Made by a program: the position numbers and the translations under genes
Assembly: GCA_049509455.1 (NCBI GenBank)
Contig: JBEKZX010000056.1
Coordinates: 1 to 10,703 of the forward strand
Length of the DNA stretch: 10,703 nt
DNA from: Conexivisphaerales archaeon
Lineage (GTDB): Archaea > Thermoproteota > Nitrososphaeria > Conexivisphaerales > DTJL01
Direction of reading: 5' to 3'
The notes under the pieces: generated by a model
What the model saw: only the letters and a program-made list of their open reading frames with translations
Databases searched by the model: none
What the model was told of the DNA's origin: nothing
In this document: positions 1 through 7,977 of the stretch, piece after piece
Layout: each line of letters starts with the position of its first letter
Position numbering within the stretch: position 1 is the stretch's first letter

Positions 1-133
1 ACCACGTACCCTGTCCTTCCGCCCTACTTTTGTTCAACTACGCTGGAGGAATTCACCAATCTGCCTCAAATCACATGATTCCCATATCCAAATGCAATAA
101 GGTTAAGAGATGCATCATTATTCTGATACTATC

Positions 134-253
134 GGCATGGTTCACCTTCCGCAAGAGGTTGGTGAAGGCTCCCCGTGGAGGATTTTCGCGGAGGGCAAAG
201 TCGGTAGGGGGACGGCGTTGACGATTTCGCTTCCGCTGGTGAGGGGGCCGTAG
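134..253 (+). pseudogene. Frameshifted remnant of a histidine-kinase HATPase_c C-terminus
   Basis: The frame ending at TAG 251-253 reads RIFAEGKVGRGTALTISLPLVRGP*, resembling the typical HATPase end (GGRIxxESxxGKGTTFTIxLP). Just upstream, another frame reads TFRKRLVKAPRGG (resembling xCKRLVEAHGG), preceded by GGC ATG (GM, G2-box-like). At least two frameshifts are needed. No upstream kinase-like sequence is seen in 1-130. Confidence 0.6.
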
Positions 254-254
254 A

Positions 255-2879
255 TTGGCGAAGTCGGACGACCTCTCCAGGACGCAGAGATGGCTGGTCA
301 GGAAGCAGGCCCCAATCAGGCTGACCGCGCTGGCCTCCGTCGTTGGGCTCCTGGCCATCGTCATCTTGGACCTCTACACGACGATGGTGACCGGGGGGAC
401 GGCGGCGACCTTCCAAAAAGAGGTCCTGGGCGACCTGCCATTCCTGGTCCTCTCTCTGGTCGTCCTGTACTATATCCTCTCCCGCTACTCGAACGCCCTT
501 CAGAAGGCCCAGGTGAACACCCGCTACGAGGCCTCGCTCGTCGACAGCGTCTCGGACGCCATCATAGCGACGGACCTGAACTTCACCATCACCTCTTGGA
601 ACAAGGGGGCCGAGAAGTTGTATGGCTGGACCACTGAGGAGGCCCTCGGGAAGAACGTCATCGACTTCCTGAAGACGGAGTTCCCCGACACCACCCTGGA
701 AGACGTCCTGGCCCGGCTTTCAAAGGAAAGGTCGGTCAGGGGTGAAGTCTCGCAGGTCTGCAAAGATGGGAGGACCATCGACGTCAGGGGCTCGACTTCC
801 GCCCTGATGGACGCTGACGAAAGGCGCATCGGCTACGCCAACGTTTGCACCGACATCACGGAGGCTAGGCATGCTGAGATGGAATTGCGCTCTGTTGCGG
901 CGTTCCCCGAGGAGAACCCCATGCCAGTCTTACGCCTTATGGCGGATGGAACCGTCGCGTATTCCAACGGCGCTGGAAGGGAGATACTCAAGGTGTGGGG
1001 CTGCGGAGTGGGAGGGGTAGCCCCCGAGTCCTGGCGGGAGAGGGTGAAGGAGGCCCTCGCGGAGAAGGCGAGCAGGGTCGTGGAAGAGGGGTACGGCCTC
1101 GTCGTCTACTCCTTCTCGGTCTGCCCCGTCCCCGAATTCGGCTATGTCAACCTCTACGCATTTGACGTCACTGAGAGGAAGAAGGCCGAGGAAGACCTGG
1201 CCCGCCGCAGCAAGCTTTACTGGGCGCTGAGCGAGTCGAACCAAGCGATCGTCAGGGCGGCCGACAGGGAGGAGCTCTTCAGGGAGGTCTGCGACGTCCT
1301 GGTCCGCAGCGAACTCTTCGTCTTGGCATGGGTGGGCTTCGTCGACCCGGAGACCAGGAGGGTCAGGCCCGCCTTGTGGGCGGGGCACGAAGACGGGCTC
1401 CTGGGCTCCGCCACGACCTCCCTAGACGGCGCCTCCTTGGACAGCCCGATCGCCAGCGCCATCCGCGAGGGGAAGCCCTTCGTCTGCAACGATGTGACGA
1501 CCGACCCCTGGATGTTCCTCAGCCGGGAGGAGGCGCTGAAGAGGGGCTACCGGTCGTCCGCCGCCTTTCCGCTGATGGTGAGGGGAGAGGTGGCGGGCTC
1601 CCTCTTCGTCTACTCCGAGATCCCCTCCTTCTTCGGGGAGGAACAGGTGGGCCTCATGGAGGAGGTCTCGATGGACCTCTCCTACGCCCTGGAAGGGCTT
1701 AAGGTCGAGGAGGAGAAGGGGAGGGTCCTGGAGGCCCTCCGCACGAGCGAGGAAAAGTACAGGGAGCTCGTCGAGAGGGCGAACTCCATCATCCTCAAGG
1801 ACGACCTTCAGGGGCGGATAATCTCATTCAACGAGTACGCCGAGCGCTTCTTCGGCTTCGACAGGGAGGAGGTGATCGGGAAGGGCTTCTTCGAAACCAT
1901 TACGCCGCCGGTGGAGAGCACAGGGCGCGACCTGACGAAGTTGGTGACCGACGTGGTGGCCCACCCGGAGGAGTACAGGACAAACGTCAACGAGAACGTG
2001 AAGAAGAGCGGCGAGCGCGTGTGGATACAGTGGAGCAATTCCGTGATCAAGGACGAGCAGGGGAAGCCCACGGGCGTCCTCTGCGTTGGGACGGATATCA
2101 CTGAGCTCCGCAAGATGGAGGAGAAGCTCATGGCCCACAGCGCCTCGCTGGAGGACATGGTAGAGGCGCGGACAGCCGAGCTGGAGGAAACCCACCGAGT
2201 GCTTCTCGAGTCGGAGAGGCTGGCGGCCATAGGAAGGGTCTCGACCCAGCTGGCCCACGACCTCCGCAACCCCCTGGCGGGGATAGAGATGGAGTCCTAC
2301 CTGCTCAACGAGCTCCTTCCCAAGTCACTTGACCCGAGGGTGAAGGACACTTTGCGGCTTCTCTCGGGCTCGGCTGACCATGCGGGGAAGGTCATCGAGG
2401 ACCTCCTCGAGTACACGCGCGTTCAGGAACCCCGCAGACAGCAACTGGAGCTTGGCGCCTGCATCGCGGATGTGGTGGCAGCGTTTCCCATCCCGAAGGG
2501 TGTCAGCTTGGTGGTCAAGAAGGCTCCCAAGGTCCGCGTTCTGGCGGAGCAGGGCCAGCTGGTGAAGGTCGTCAGGAGCCTGCTAGACAACGCCGTGGAA
2601 GCCATGCCCTCCGGAGGGAGACTCATCGTTTCCTTCGGACTGAAAGGCGGCTTAGTTTCAATCTCCGTGGCGGACACAGGGGTGGGTATCGACAAGGCAG
2701 ACCTTCCGAAGGTCTTCCTGCCCTTCCATTCGACCAAGGCGAAGGGCCTAGGTCTGGGCCTGCCCATCGCCAAGAGGATGATTGAGGCGAATGGCGGCTC
2801 CATGGAGTTGAAGAGCACCAAGGGGAAGGGGACGAAGGTGACGGTGATGCTCCCCATCGCTTCGGAGACGCCCCGATAG
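255..2879 (+). CDS. Membrane-bound multi-sensor histidine kinase (2 TM, PAS, short PAS-like, GAF, PAS, HisKA, HATPase_c)
   Basis: 874-aa ORF with a TTG start. Two hydrophobic N-terminal segments; PAS motifs (DAIIATDLNFTITSWNKGAEKLYGW; SIILKDDLQGRIISFNEYAERFFGF); GAF region (LSESNQAIVRAADREELFREVC...SSAAFPLMVRGEVAGSLFVYS); H-box LAHDLRNPL; N-box LLDNAVEAM; G1 ADTGVGI; F-box FLPFHSTK; G2 GLGLGL. No response regulator in the window. Confidence 0.95.
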   Translation: MAKSDDLSRTQRWLVRKQAPIRLTALASVVGLLAIVILDLYTTMVTGGTAATFQKEVLGDLPFLVLSLVVLYYILSRYSNALQKAQVNTRYEASLVDSVSDAIIATDLNFTITSWNKGAEKLYGWTTEEALGKNVIDFLKTEFPDTTLEDVLARLSKERSVRGEVSQVCKDGRTIDVRGSTSALMDADERRIGYANVCTDITEARHAEMELRSVAAFPEENPMPVLRLMADGTVAYSNGAGREILKVWGCGVGGVAPESWRERVKEALAEKASRVVEEGYGLVVYSFSVCPVPEFGYVNLYAFDVTERKKAEEDLARRSKLYWALSESNQAIVRAADREELFREVCDVLVRSELFVLAWVGFVDPETRRVRPALWAGHEDGLLGSATTSLDGASLDSPIASAIREGKPFVCNDVTTDPWMFLSREEALKRGYRSSAAFPLMVRGEVAGSLFVYSEIPSFFGEEQVGLMEEVSMDLSYALEGLKVEEEKGRVLEALRTSEEKYRELVERANSIILKDDLQGRIISFNEYAERFFGFDREEVIGKGFFETITPPVESTGRDLTKLVTDVVAHPEEYRTNVNENVKKSGERVWIQWSNSVIKDEQGKPTGVLCVGTDITELRKMEEKLMAHSASLEDMVEARTAELEETHRVLLESERLAAIGRVSTQLAHDLRNPLAGIEMESYLLNELLPKSLDPRVKDTLRLLSGSADHAGKVIEDLLEYTRVQEPRRQQLELGACIADVVAAFPIPKGVSLVVKKAPKVRVLAEQGQLVKVVRSLLDNAVEAMPSGGRLIVSFGLKGGLVSISVADTGVGIDKADLPKVFLPFHSTKAKGLGLGLPIAKRMIEANGGSMELKSTKGKGTKVTVMLPIASETPR

Positions 2880-2902
2880 GGTGTGAACACCCTTTCCTTT
2901 CC
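2878..2902 (+). terminator. Possible terminator: small hairpin plus pyrimidine tract
   Basis: AGGGTG-TGAA-CACCCT (6-bp stem overlapping the kinase stop codon) followed by TTCCTTTCC. Confidence 0.35.
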
Positions 2903-3253
2903 TAGAAGGCGTACGTAGGGTTGTCCTGTAAGACTCACTAAGAGCAGCACCGAGCCGAAGCCGCCTTTCCCCACTTACACGGGGATACCTGCGGCTCCGG
3001 TCACTACCGCTACTCCGCAATCCTTGGTTTCCAGGCACCGCCACGCTTCCATGTCGAGATACAAGCCGCATGGCTCCAGGGTGAGGGCTTTCACTCGCCG
3101 TCCGTTTCTTAAGAACAGAGAAGGCGCAGGAAGCCATAGGGCCCAATGCGGGATTGCAGCATTGATTTGAGCATAGCATCCTATGTCCGTGTTCCGGTTA
3201 GAACCCAAGGTCCAAGTCGATTGAGAGCGTCGGTTTGATACCGAGATAGCCAC

Positions 3254-3295
3254 GAATCCGCCCCGGCCCAAGCCACCACGGCGGGGGCGGAGTTC
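3254..3295. other. Strong GC-rich inverted repeat (hairpin) of unknown role
   Basis: GAATCCGCCCC (3254-3264) pairs with GGGGCGGAGTTC (3284-3295): an 11-bp stem with one bulged G and a 19-nt loop. Confidence 0.6.
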
Positions 3296-3300
3296 ATAAC

Positions 3301-3308
3301 TTAATATA
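3301..3308 (+). promoter_or_regulatory. Candidate archaeal TATA box for the zinc-ribbon gene
   Basis: TTAATATA in a GC-rich context. It lies 27 nt before the in-frame TTG at 3335, suggesting that TTG may be the true leaderless start rather than ATG 3311/3314. Confidence 0.45.
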
Positions 3309-3310
3309 TC

Positions 3311-3673
3311 ATGATGGGTCAATCATCAATACCTTTGAGTAGGCATGACAATCAGTTGGCATATCAGAGAGCCAACTTCGAGCGAGCGTTGAAAGGAGCC
3401 CGATGTCCGAAGGACGGAGGCCGCGTGCTTGAAGTGTCCATGCCTGATGTCATCTGTTCCAAATGCTCGACTACCTATGTTCTGGCGATGCGATCAGGTA
3501 CTTTCTTCATGAGGTGGAAGCTCACTGAGAAGGCAGCACCACAGCCTGCCATAGTGAAGGAGAAAGAAGTCATAACGCAGGAGATCGGGAAAGCTCCCTG
3601 CAAGTATTGCGGCAGCTTGGTGGACATAGCCAGGGACCGATTCTGCCCTAACTGCGGTAGAGCCCTCAAGTAG
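3311..3673 (+). CDS. Small protein with two zinc-ribbon-like modules
   Basis: 120-aa ORF with CPKDG...CSKC in the N-terminal half and CKYCG...CPNCG at the C-terminus, separated by a Pro/Lys/Glu-rich linker. The start may be TTG 3335. Confidence 0.75.
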   Translation: MMGQSSIPLSRHDNQLAYQRANFERALKGARCPKDGGRVLEVSMPDVICSKCSTTYVLAMRSGTFFMRWKLTEKAAPQPAIVKEKEVITQEIGKAPCKYCGSLVDIARDRFCPNCGRALK

Positions 3674-3793
3674 ACTTGTACGCTTGGACGCAACCGTTGT
3701 CTATGCCTGAGAGGGAGCCTATTCAACGAAGCAAGATAATAGAATGAGTAAGACGGACAGCGACGAATTGAGGCTATATTTCGCCAGGTGATG

Positions 3794-4213
3794 TTACTTG
3801 CTTATGATGGTAGCGCTGTAATAGCCTGAAGTCCCGTCTTCGAAGACAGCCCTCATCGTAATGTAATAGCTTTGACCTGGGGTCTCACTCCCGTAGTTGG
3901 TGAACTGAAGGGCTCTTGATTGTCCTGGGGAAATAGGGTCGCTACCTGATACCGCTGAGCCGTAGGCAAAGTAACTTCCTTGCCTCGCCCACACATAGAC
4001 AGAGGAAATGAGCATGTAGCTATGGTTGGATAATGCTAAAGACACTATCCCCTCGGTAACGTTACCGGAAACACCCGGGACGGTCACGTTGGTAATCTCC
4101 AAACCACTTACGCCGATCGTCTGACCGATGCCAAGGACGAAATACAGGAACGCACCCACGGCGACCACTATGATAACTACCCCCAATGTCGCCAGTGCCG
4201 GTCGGGGATTCAT
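3794..4213 (-). CDS. Membrane-anchored exported protein with a beta-rich (Ig/pilin-like) extracellular domain
   Basis: The ORF track gives 3794..4276; ATG 4213 (MNPRPALATLGVVIIVVAVGAFLYFVLG) is preferred because a TATA-like TATATTA lies 28 nt upstream. One N-terminal TM helix, a Ser/Thr/Gly-rich beta-strand pattern and three N-X-S/T sequons (NVT, NVT, NHS). Confidence 0.7.
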   Translation of the reverse strand: MNPRPALATLGVVIIVVAVGAFLYFVLGIGQTIGVSGLEITNVTVPGVSGNVTEGIVSLALSNHSYMLISSVYVWARQGSYFAYGSAVSGSDPISPGQSRALQFTNYGSETPGQSYYITMRAVFEDGTSGYYSATIISK

Positions 4214-4240
4214 CGCGAATATTCTGTCGTCGTCGGCGAC

Positions 4241-4247
4241 TAATATA
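4241..4247 (-). promoter_or_regulatory. Candidate archaeal TATA box for the exported-protein gene
   Basis: Minus-strand TATATTA, 28 nt upstream of ATG 4213. Confidence 0.5.
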
Positions 4248-4372
4248 GATGCGCCCTTCGTCACGTCAGGACGCAATCGTTATAGCATGATAGTCGCAAG
4301 CCAGCAGTGTTCCAAGGCAACTACACTTCGGACAACATCTCGTTCGCGGAGCGCAACCGGCACTTGCCGACG

Positions 4373-4379
4373 TTTATTA
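4373..4379 (+). promoter_or_regulatory. Candidate archaeal TATA box for the S9 peptidase gene
   Basis: TTTATTA ending about 26 nt upstream of the TTG start at 4405. Confidence 0.5.
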
Positions 4380-4404
4380 GGATGAGTCGCCAAACCTTTG
4401 CAAG

Positions 4405-6192
4405 TTGAGCCAATCAGAGGTGCTCGAATTCGTCGAGAAGGTCATCCGGATACCTTCCCTTACCCTATGCGCTCTCTCGCAGGACGGAAGGTCTGCCCTC
4501 TTCCTCTCAGACCTATCAGGATCGTACCAGCTCTGGTCTGCCGATACTAGCACTGGCAAGCTGGCCCAAGTCTCGCACGGCGACCAGCGCGTGAGCTTCG
4601 CTGAGATATCGCCCGACTCCAAGTCCGTGGCTTTCATACGCGACTTCGAGGGTGCCGAGCGACACCAGTTCTTCCTCGTCCCAATCACAGGTATGAAGGA
4701 GGAGGTCCAGGTCTCCGACCTCAAGGACGTCCGTGTTTCTGAATTCGACTGGTCACCCGACGGCACGGAGATCGCGGTCGCCGGCTGCACTGCGACGGAC
4801 CAGTGCCTCTGGACGCTGAATCCGAAGACGAAGACACATGAAGAACTCTATTCGTCACACGGTTACATCTTCTCGCCCGCCTACAGCCCCGATGGCAAGC
4901 GCATAGCGGCCATGGCGAAGACCACGGACGCTCCGAGGTCCTCCGAGCTGCTCGTCCTTCACAGAAGGACCGGAGAGGTCAACCTGTACTCTCCGAAGTT
5001 GGGCAGCGAGAATGCCACCCCGAAGTGGCATCCCAAGGGACGGAGGCTTCTCTTCAAGACGAACGCGAAGGGGAAGTATGACCTCGCAGTCTACGACCAC
5101 TCGGAGCAGAAGCTGACCTATCTTAACGCATCACATGTGGGTGTGGATTTCATTAGCTATGGCTGGATGCCGAAGGGAGATGCTGTATGGTTCGTGGCCG
5201 TCAGGAACGGCAGGACGAGGCTCTACATTCAGAATAAGGAAGGCGACCTCAGACTTGTTCCTACGCCGATTGGCAAGATTGACAACGCCAAGCTGAACAA
5301 GGGGGGTTCATTCTTCATCTTCTCTTGGTCGTCGCTTTCGAACCCGCCACAGCTGGCGAAACTTGACCTGAAGACGAAGAAGGTCTCGACAATCTACAGC
5401 CCCCGGTACGACAAGGGTCTCCCACTCGGCATATCGCAGTTCATGACGTACGGCTCGTTAGACGGACTGAAGATACCCGCATTCATGCTTTTCAGTGGCT
5501 CCAGGCGGCCTAAGCCTCTCGTCATCTGGCCCCACGGAGGGCCCTGGTGGGAAGTTGCCGACGAATGGAATCCAGTAATTCAATCGATATGTATGGCTGG
5601 CTTTCACGTCTTCTGCCCCAATTTCAGGGGAAGCACAGGGTACGGCGCAGAATTCGAGCGAATGGACATCGGCGACGCTGGCGGCAAGGACTTTCAGGAT
5701 GTCTTGGCCGGCGTGAAGTTCGTCAGGGAGAAGGGGTTCGTCGATGATGGAAGGATCGCAATCACTGGCGCAAGCTATGGCGGATTCATGACCTTCCTCG
5801 CCATGACCAAGGAGCCAGGACTCTGGAAGGCAGGGGCGGCGATAGTCGGCATCACAGATTGGAAGGAGATGTACGATCTTTCTGACGCTTTATACAGGGA
5901 TTTCGTCGTAGACATGCTGGGAAAACCAGAAGAGAATGCCGAGCTCTACAGGGATAGGTCAGCCATCAACTTCGTGTCGCAGATTGAGGCTCCTATCTTG
6001 ATCTGGCATAGGGCGAACGACTCCCGCGCCCCTCTGCTGCCGGTGCAGAGGTTCGCCAGCAAGCTGCAGGCACTGGGTAAGCCTTACGAGTTCCACGTTG
6101 TGGAGGGCGAAGGACACGGCGCCCAGAAGACGGACAACCTTGTCAAGCAGTACAGGCACGTGGTGTCATTCCTGCTCAAGAACCTGAGCTAG
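4405..6192 (+). CDS. S9 family peptidase (acylaminoacyl-peptidase/dipeptidyl aminopeptidase-like; beta-propeller plus alpha/beta hydrolase)
   Basis: 595 aa. WD40/TolB-like repeats (ISPDSKSVAF, WSPDGTEIA, YSPDGKRIA); PHGGP; PNFRGSTGYG; nucleophile motif GASYGG; catalytic Asp region NDSRAP; catalytic His EGHG. Confidence 0.95.
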   Translation: MSQSEVLEFVEKVIRIPSLTLCALSQDGRSALFLSDLSGSYQLWSADTSTGKLAQVSHGDQRVSFAEISPDSKSVAFIRDFEGAERHQFFLVPITGMKEEVQVSDLKDVRVSEFDWSPDGTEIAVAGCTATDQCLWTLNPKTKTHEELYSSHGYIFSPAYSPDGKRIAAMAKTTDAPRSSELLVLHRRTGEVNLYSPKLGSENATPKWHPKGRRLLFKTNAKGKYDLAVYDHSEQKLTYLNASHVGVDFISYGWMPKGDAVWFVAVRNGRTRLYIQNKEGDLRLVPTPIGKIDNAKLNKGGSFFIFSWSSLSNPPQLAKLDLKTKKVSTIYSPRYDKGLPLGISQFMTYGSLDGLKIPAFMLFSGSRRPKPLVIWPHGGPWWEVADEWNPVIQSICMAGFHVFCPNFRGSTGYGAEFERMDIGDAGGKDFQDVLAGVKFVREKGFVDDGRIAITGASYGGFMTFLAMTKEPGLWKAGAAIVGITDWKEMYDLSDALYRDFVVDMLGKPEENAELYRDRSAINFVSQIEAPILIWHRANDSRAPLLPVQRFASKLQALGKPYEFHVVEGEGHGAQKTDNLVKQYRHVVSFLLKNLS

Positions 6193-6305
6193 GGCGCCGT
6201 TGTGGATGCTTTTAGACCGGATTGAAGAGCAAAGTCCCCTCGTTCGATGTCGGAGGTGTGTTAAATTGAACTGGGGGGACATCGGTGTCGACCTTGATGA
6301 CGCTT

Positions 6306-6347
6306 TCGTTTAATTGACCTATTGTTCTCGATGATGTGAAGATGAAC
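6306..6347 (+). repeat. Extended left arm of repeat copy R1 (paralogous to 7978-8018)
   Basis: TCGTTTAATTGACCTATTGTTCTCGATGATGTGAAGATGAAC aligns with 7978-8018 at 30/42 identity, with 11 transitions and one indel (manual alignment). Confidence 0.7.
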
Positions 6348-6350
6348 GAA

Positions 6351-6379
6351 GCCAGCCCATTCGCAGGCCTAAGCCTACG
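6351..6379 (+). repeat. Inter-gene repeat copy R1
   Basis: GCCAGCCCATT-CGCAGG-CCTAAG-CCTACG; lies between the convergent S9 and GNAT genes. Confidence 0.9.
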
Positions 6380-6391
6380 AAAGCCACCAGC

Positions 6392-6883
6392 CTAAGGTTG
6401 GGGTCGTGTGTACGGCTTCATGTCCAGCTCCAGGAAGACTTCGCCCATGGTCCAGTCGCCCATGAACTGCTTGAAATGATGAGCCTCATAGAATCTTCGA
6501 GCATCAGGGCTAGCTGTGGAGGTTTTGACTCCGATGGCCCCTTCCTTGATCGAATAGGCTATTGCCCTTTTCAGCAGCCTTGAGCCGACGCCTTTGCTGC
6601 GGGATTCCGGGTCGACGTAGAAGCTCGTAATGAAAGAGACTGGACCGCCATCGATGATGTCCTCATACATCACAGTATGGATGAACCCTATGACAGCGTT
6701 CTCTCTGTTGGTGGCTACAAGGAGCTCTCCGTTCCCCACCGCTCTCTTGATCGATGCTTCTCGAGGGGTCTTCCAATGCAACCAATCGATTATGCCCGAC
6801 TCGATAGCCAGCGTATCCTCTGAGATCGCTCGACGAATCCTGATTCTCTCCGACAAGTCCCATCGTTGCCTCCTCAGGTGCAA
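6392..6883 (-). CDS. GNAT family N-acetyltransferase
   Basis: Acetyl-CoA motif A (FYVDPESRSKGVGSRLL) and motif B region (ASPDARRFYEAHHF). The start is uncertain; TTG 6856 (MSERIRIRRA) is a plausible alternative. Confidence 0.9.
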   Translation of the reverse strand: MHLRRQRWDLSERIRIRRAISEDTLAIESGIIDWLHWKTPREASIKRAVGNGELLVATNRENAVIGFIHTVMYEDIIDGGPVSFITSFYVDPESRSKGVGSRLLKRAIAYSIKEGAIGVKTSTASPDARRFYEAHHFKQFMGDWTMGEVFLELDMKPYTRPQP

Positions 6884-6920
6884 AATTCAGCTCTGGTATC
6901 TACAAAAGGCTTCTCTTTCC

Positions 6921-6953
6921 GTCAGCCCATTTCGCAGGTCCAAGCCCACGTCC
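6921..6953 (+). repeat. Inter-gene repeat copy R2
   Basis: GTCAGCCCATTT-CGCAGG-TCCAAG-CCCACG-TCC; lies between the divergent GNAT and AKR genes. Confidence 0.9.
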
Positions 6954-6989
6954 CAAAGAGTATGATTCAAAAGAGAGAGCGACCATCCG

Positions 6990-7907
6990 TTGGATGGCTT
7001 GCGAAGGGATGACTTCATGATACCAGAAAGCCAGTACCGTCATCTCGGCGCCTCCGGAATAAAGGTCTCTCCCCTAGGCACAGGGACCAATAAATGGTGG
7101 AAAGGAAGAAACGATGAGGCTGTTTTCCAGACCTTTCATTCTCTGGTTGATGTGGGTGTGAACTTCTTTGACACTGCTGAGGCCTATAGTTTCGGGAAAT
7201 CGGAGAGCCTAATAGGCGACTGTCTCAAGAGAGATCCTCGACCGGTGGTGATTGGCAGCAAGTTTGCCCCTTACCCCACGCGCTTTTTGCGCCGTCAATT
7301 CATGAGCGCCCTGGACGGCAGCTTGAAACGCCTAGGCCGGCAGGTGATTGACCTGTACTACCTCCACTTCCCTTCCCCTCTGCCAAGCATTGGAACGGTG
7401 ATGGACATGATGGCTAAGGCCGTTGAAGCAGGAAAGATCCGTGCAGTGGGCGTAAGTAACTTCAGTGCCGATCAGATGTACGATGCCGCGGATCGTCTTG
7501 AGAAGTACGGCATTCCTCTAGCCGCCAACGAAGTCCGCTACAACCTTTTCCATCGCCAGCCTGAAGTGAACGGCGTCTTGGATGCCTGCCGTAAACTCAA
7601 CGTAGCCCTAGTGGCCTACCGCCCGCTGGAGGGAGGTCGACTCGCAGTCTCCCCGACAAGTCAGAAGGGGAAAGCAGCTTCGAAGGAGGAGGCAATCCAG
7701 GAGACCCTGCAGAGGGTTGCGCAACAGCGTGGAAAGGGCGTCAGTCAGGTTACCCTGAACTGGATGCTACGCAGGGACGAACACGTGATACCTATCCCTG
7801 GGAGCACCCATGCAAATCACGCGTTGGATAATGTCGATGCGCTCATCTGGCGTCTCAGTGATGATGAATTCGCTGCTATTGACCAGGTCTCTTCACCAAC
7901 CGACTAG
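6990..7907 (+). CDS. Aldo/keto reductase
   Basis: FFDTAEAY (catalytic Asp/Tyr), GSKF (Lys), IDLYYLHFP (His), KIRAVGVSNF and IPGST. The true start may be ATG 7017 (MIPESQYRHLG). Confidence 0.95.
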   Translation: MDGLRRDDFMIPESQYRHLGASGIKVSPLGTGTNKWWKGRNDEAVFQTFHSLVDVGVNFFDTAEAYSFGKSESLIGDCLKRDPRPVVIGSKFAPYPTRFLRRQFMSALDGSLKRLGRQVIDLYYLHFPSPLPSIGTVMDMMAKAVEAGKIRAVGVSNFSADQMYDAADRLEKYGIPLAANEVRYNLFHRQPEVNGVLDACRKLNVALVAYRPLEGGRLAVSPTSQKGKAASKEEAIQETLQRVAQQRGKGVSQVTLNWMLRRDEHVIPIPGSTHANHALDNVDALIWRLSDDEFAAIDQVSSPTD

Positions 7908-7977
7908 TACTGTTTGCCTAAGCTACAGGTTGGGCAAACTTAAAAACCACCAACGGCAAAGGGCCAGCCTTCTGCCC

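Noticed and set aside
85-95. ATATCCAAATG shared with the end of repeat B copy 3 (about 10546-10556)
   Set aside because: An 11-bp match without the rest of the B motif; cannot be distinguished from chance.
71-2974. Numerous alternative-frame and antisense ORFs over the kinase gene (and similar ones over the peptidase and reductase genes)
   Set aside because: Shadow ORFs expected in GC-rich coding DNA, with no recognisable motifs.
2966-2987. TTTCCCC-ACTTACAC-GGGGATA resembles a type I-E CRISPR repeat hairpin
   Set aside because: Single copy with no spacer-repeat periodicity.
3208-3216. AGGTCCAAG matches the repeat centre
   Set aside because: Only 9 bp, with no dyad arms or left part; compatible with chance.
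2880-3310. tRNA, SRP RNA or RNase P RNA in the long spacer
   Set aside because: No cloverleaf/TTC-loop, SRP helix-8 or RNase P GGAAAGTCC signature was recognised on either strand.
2748-3322. Minus-strand ORFs 2748..3179 and 2975..3322
   Set aside because: No domain-like features, atypical composition, and overlaps with better-supported genes.
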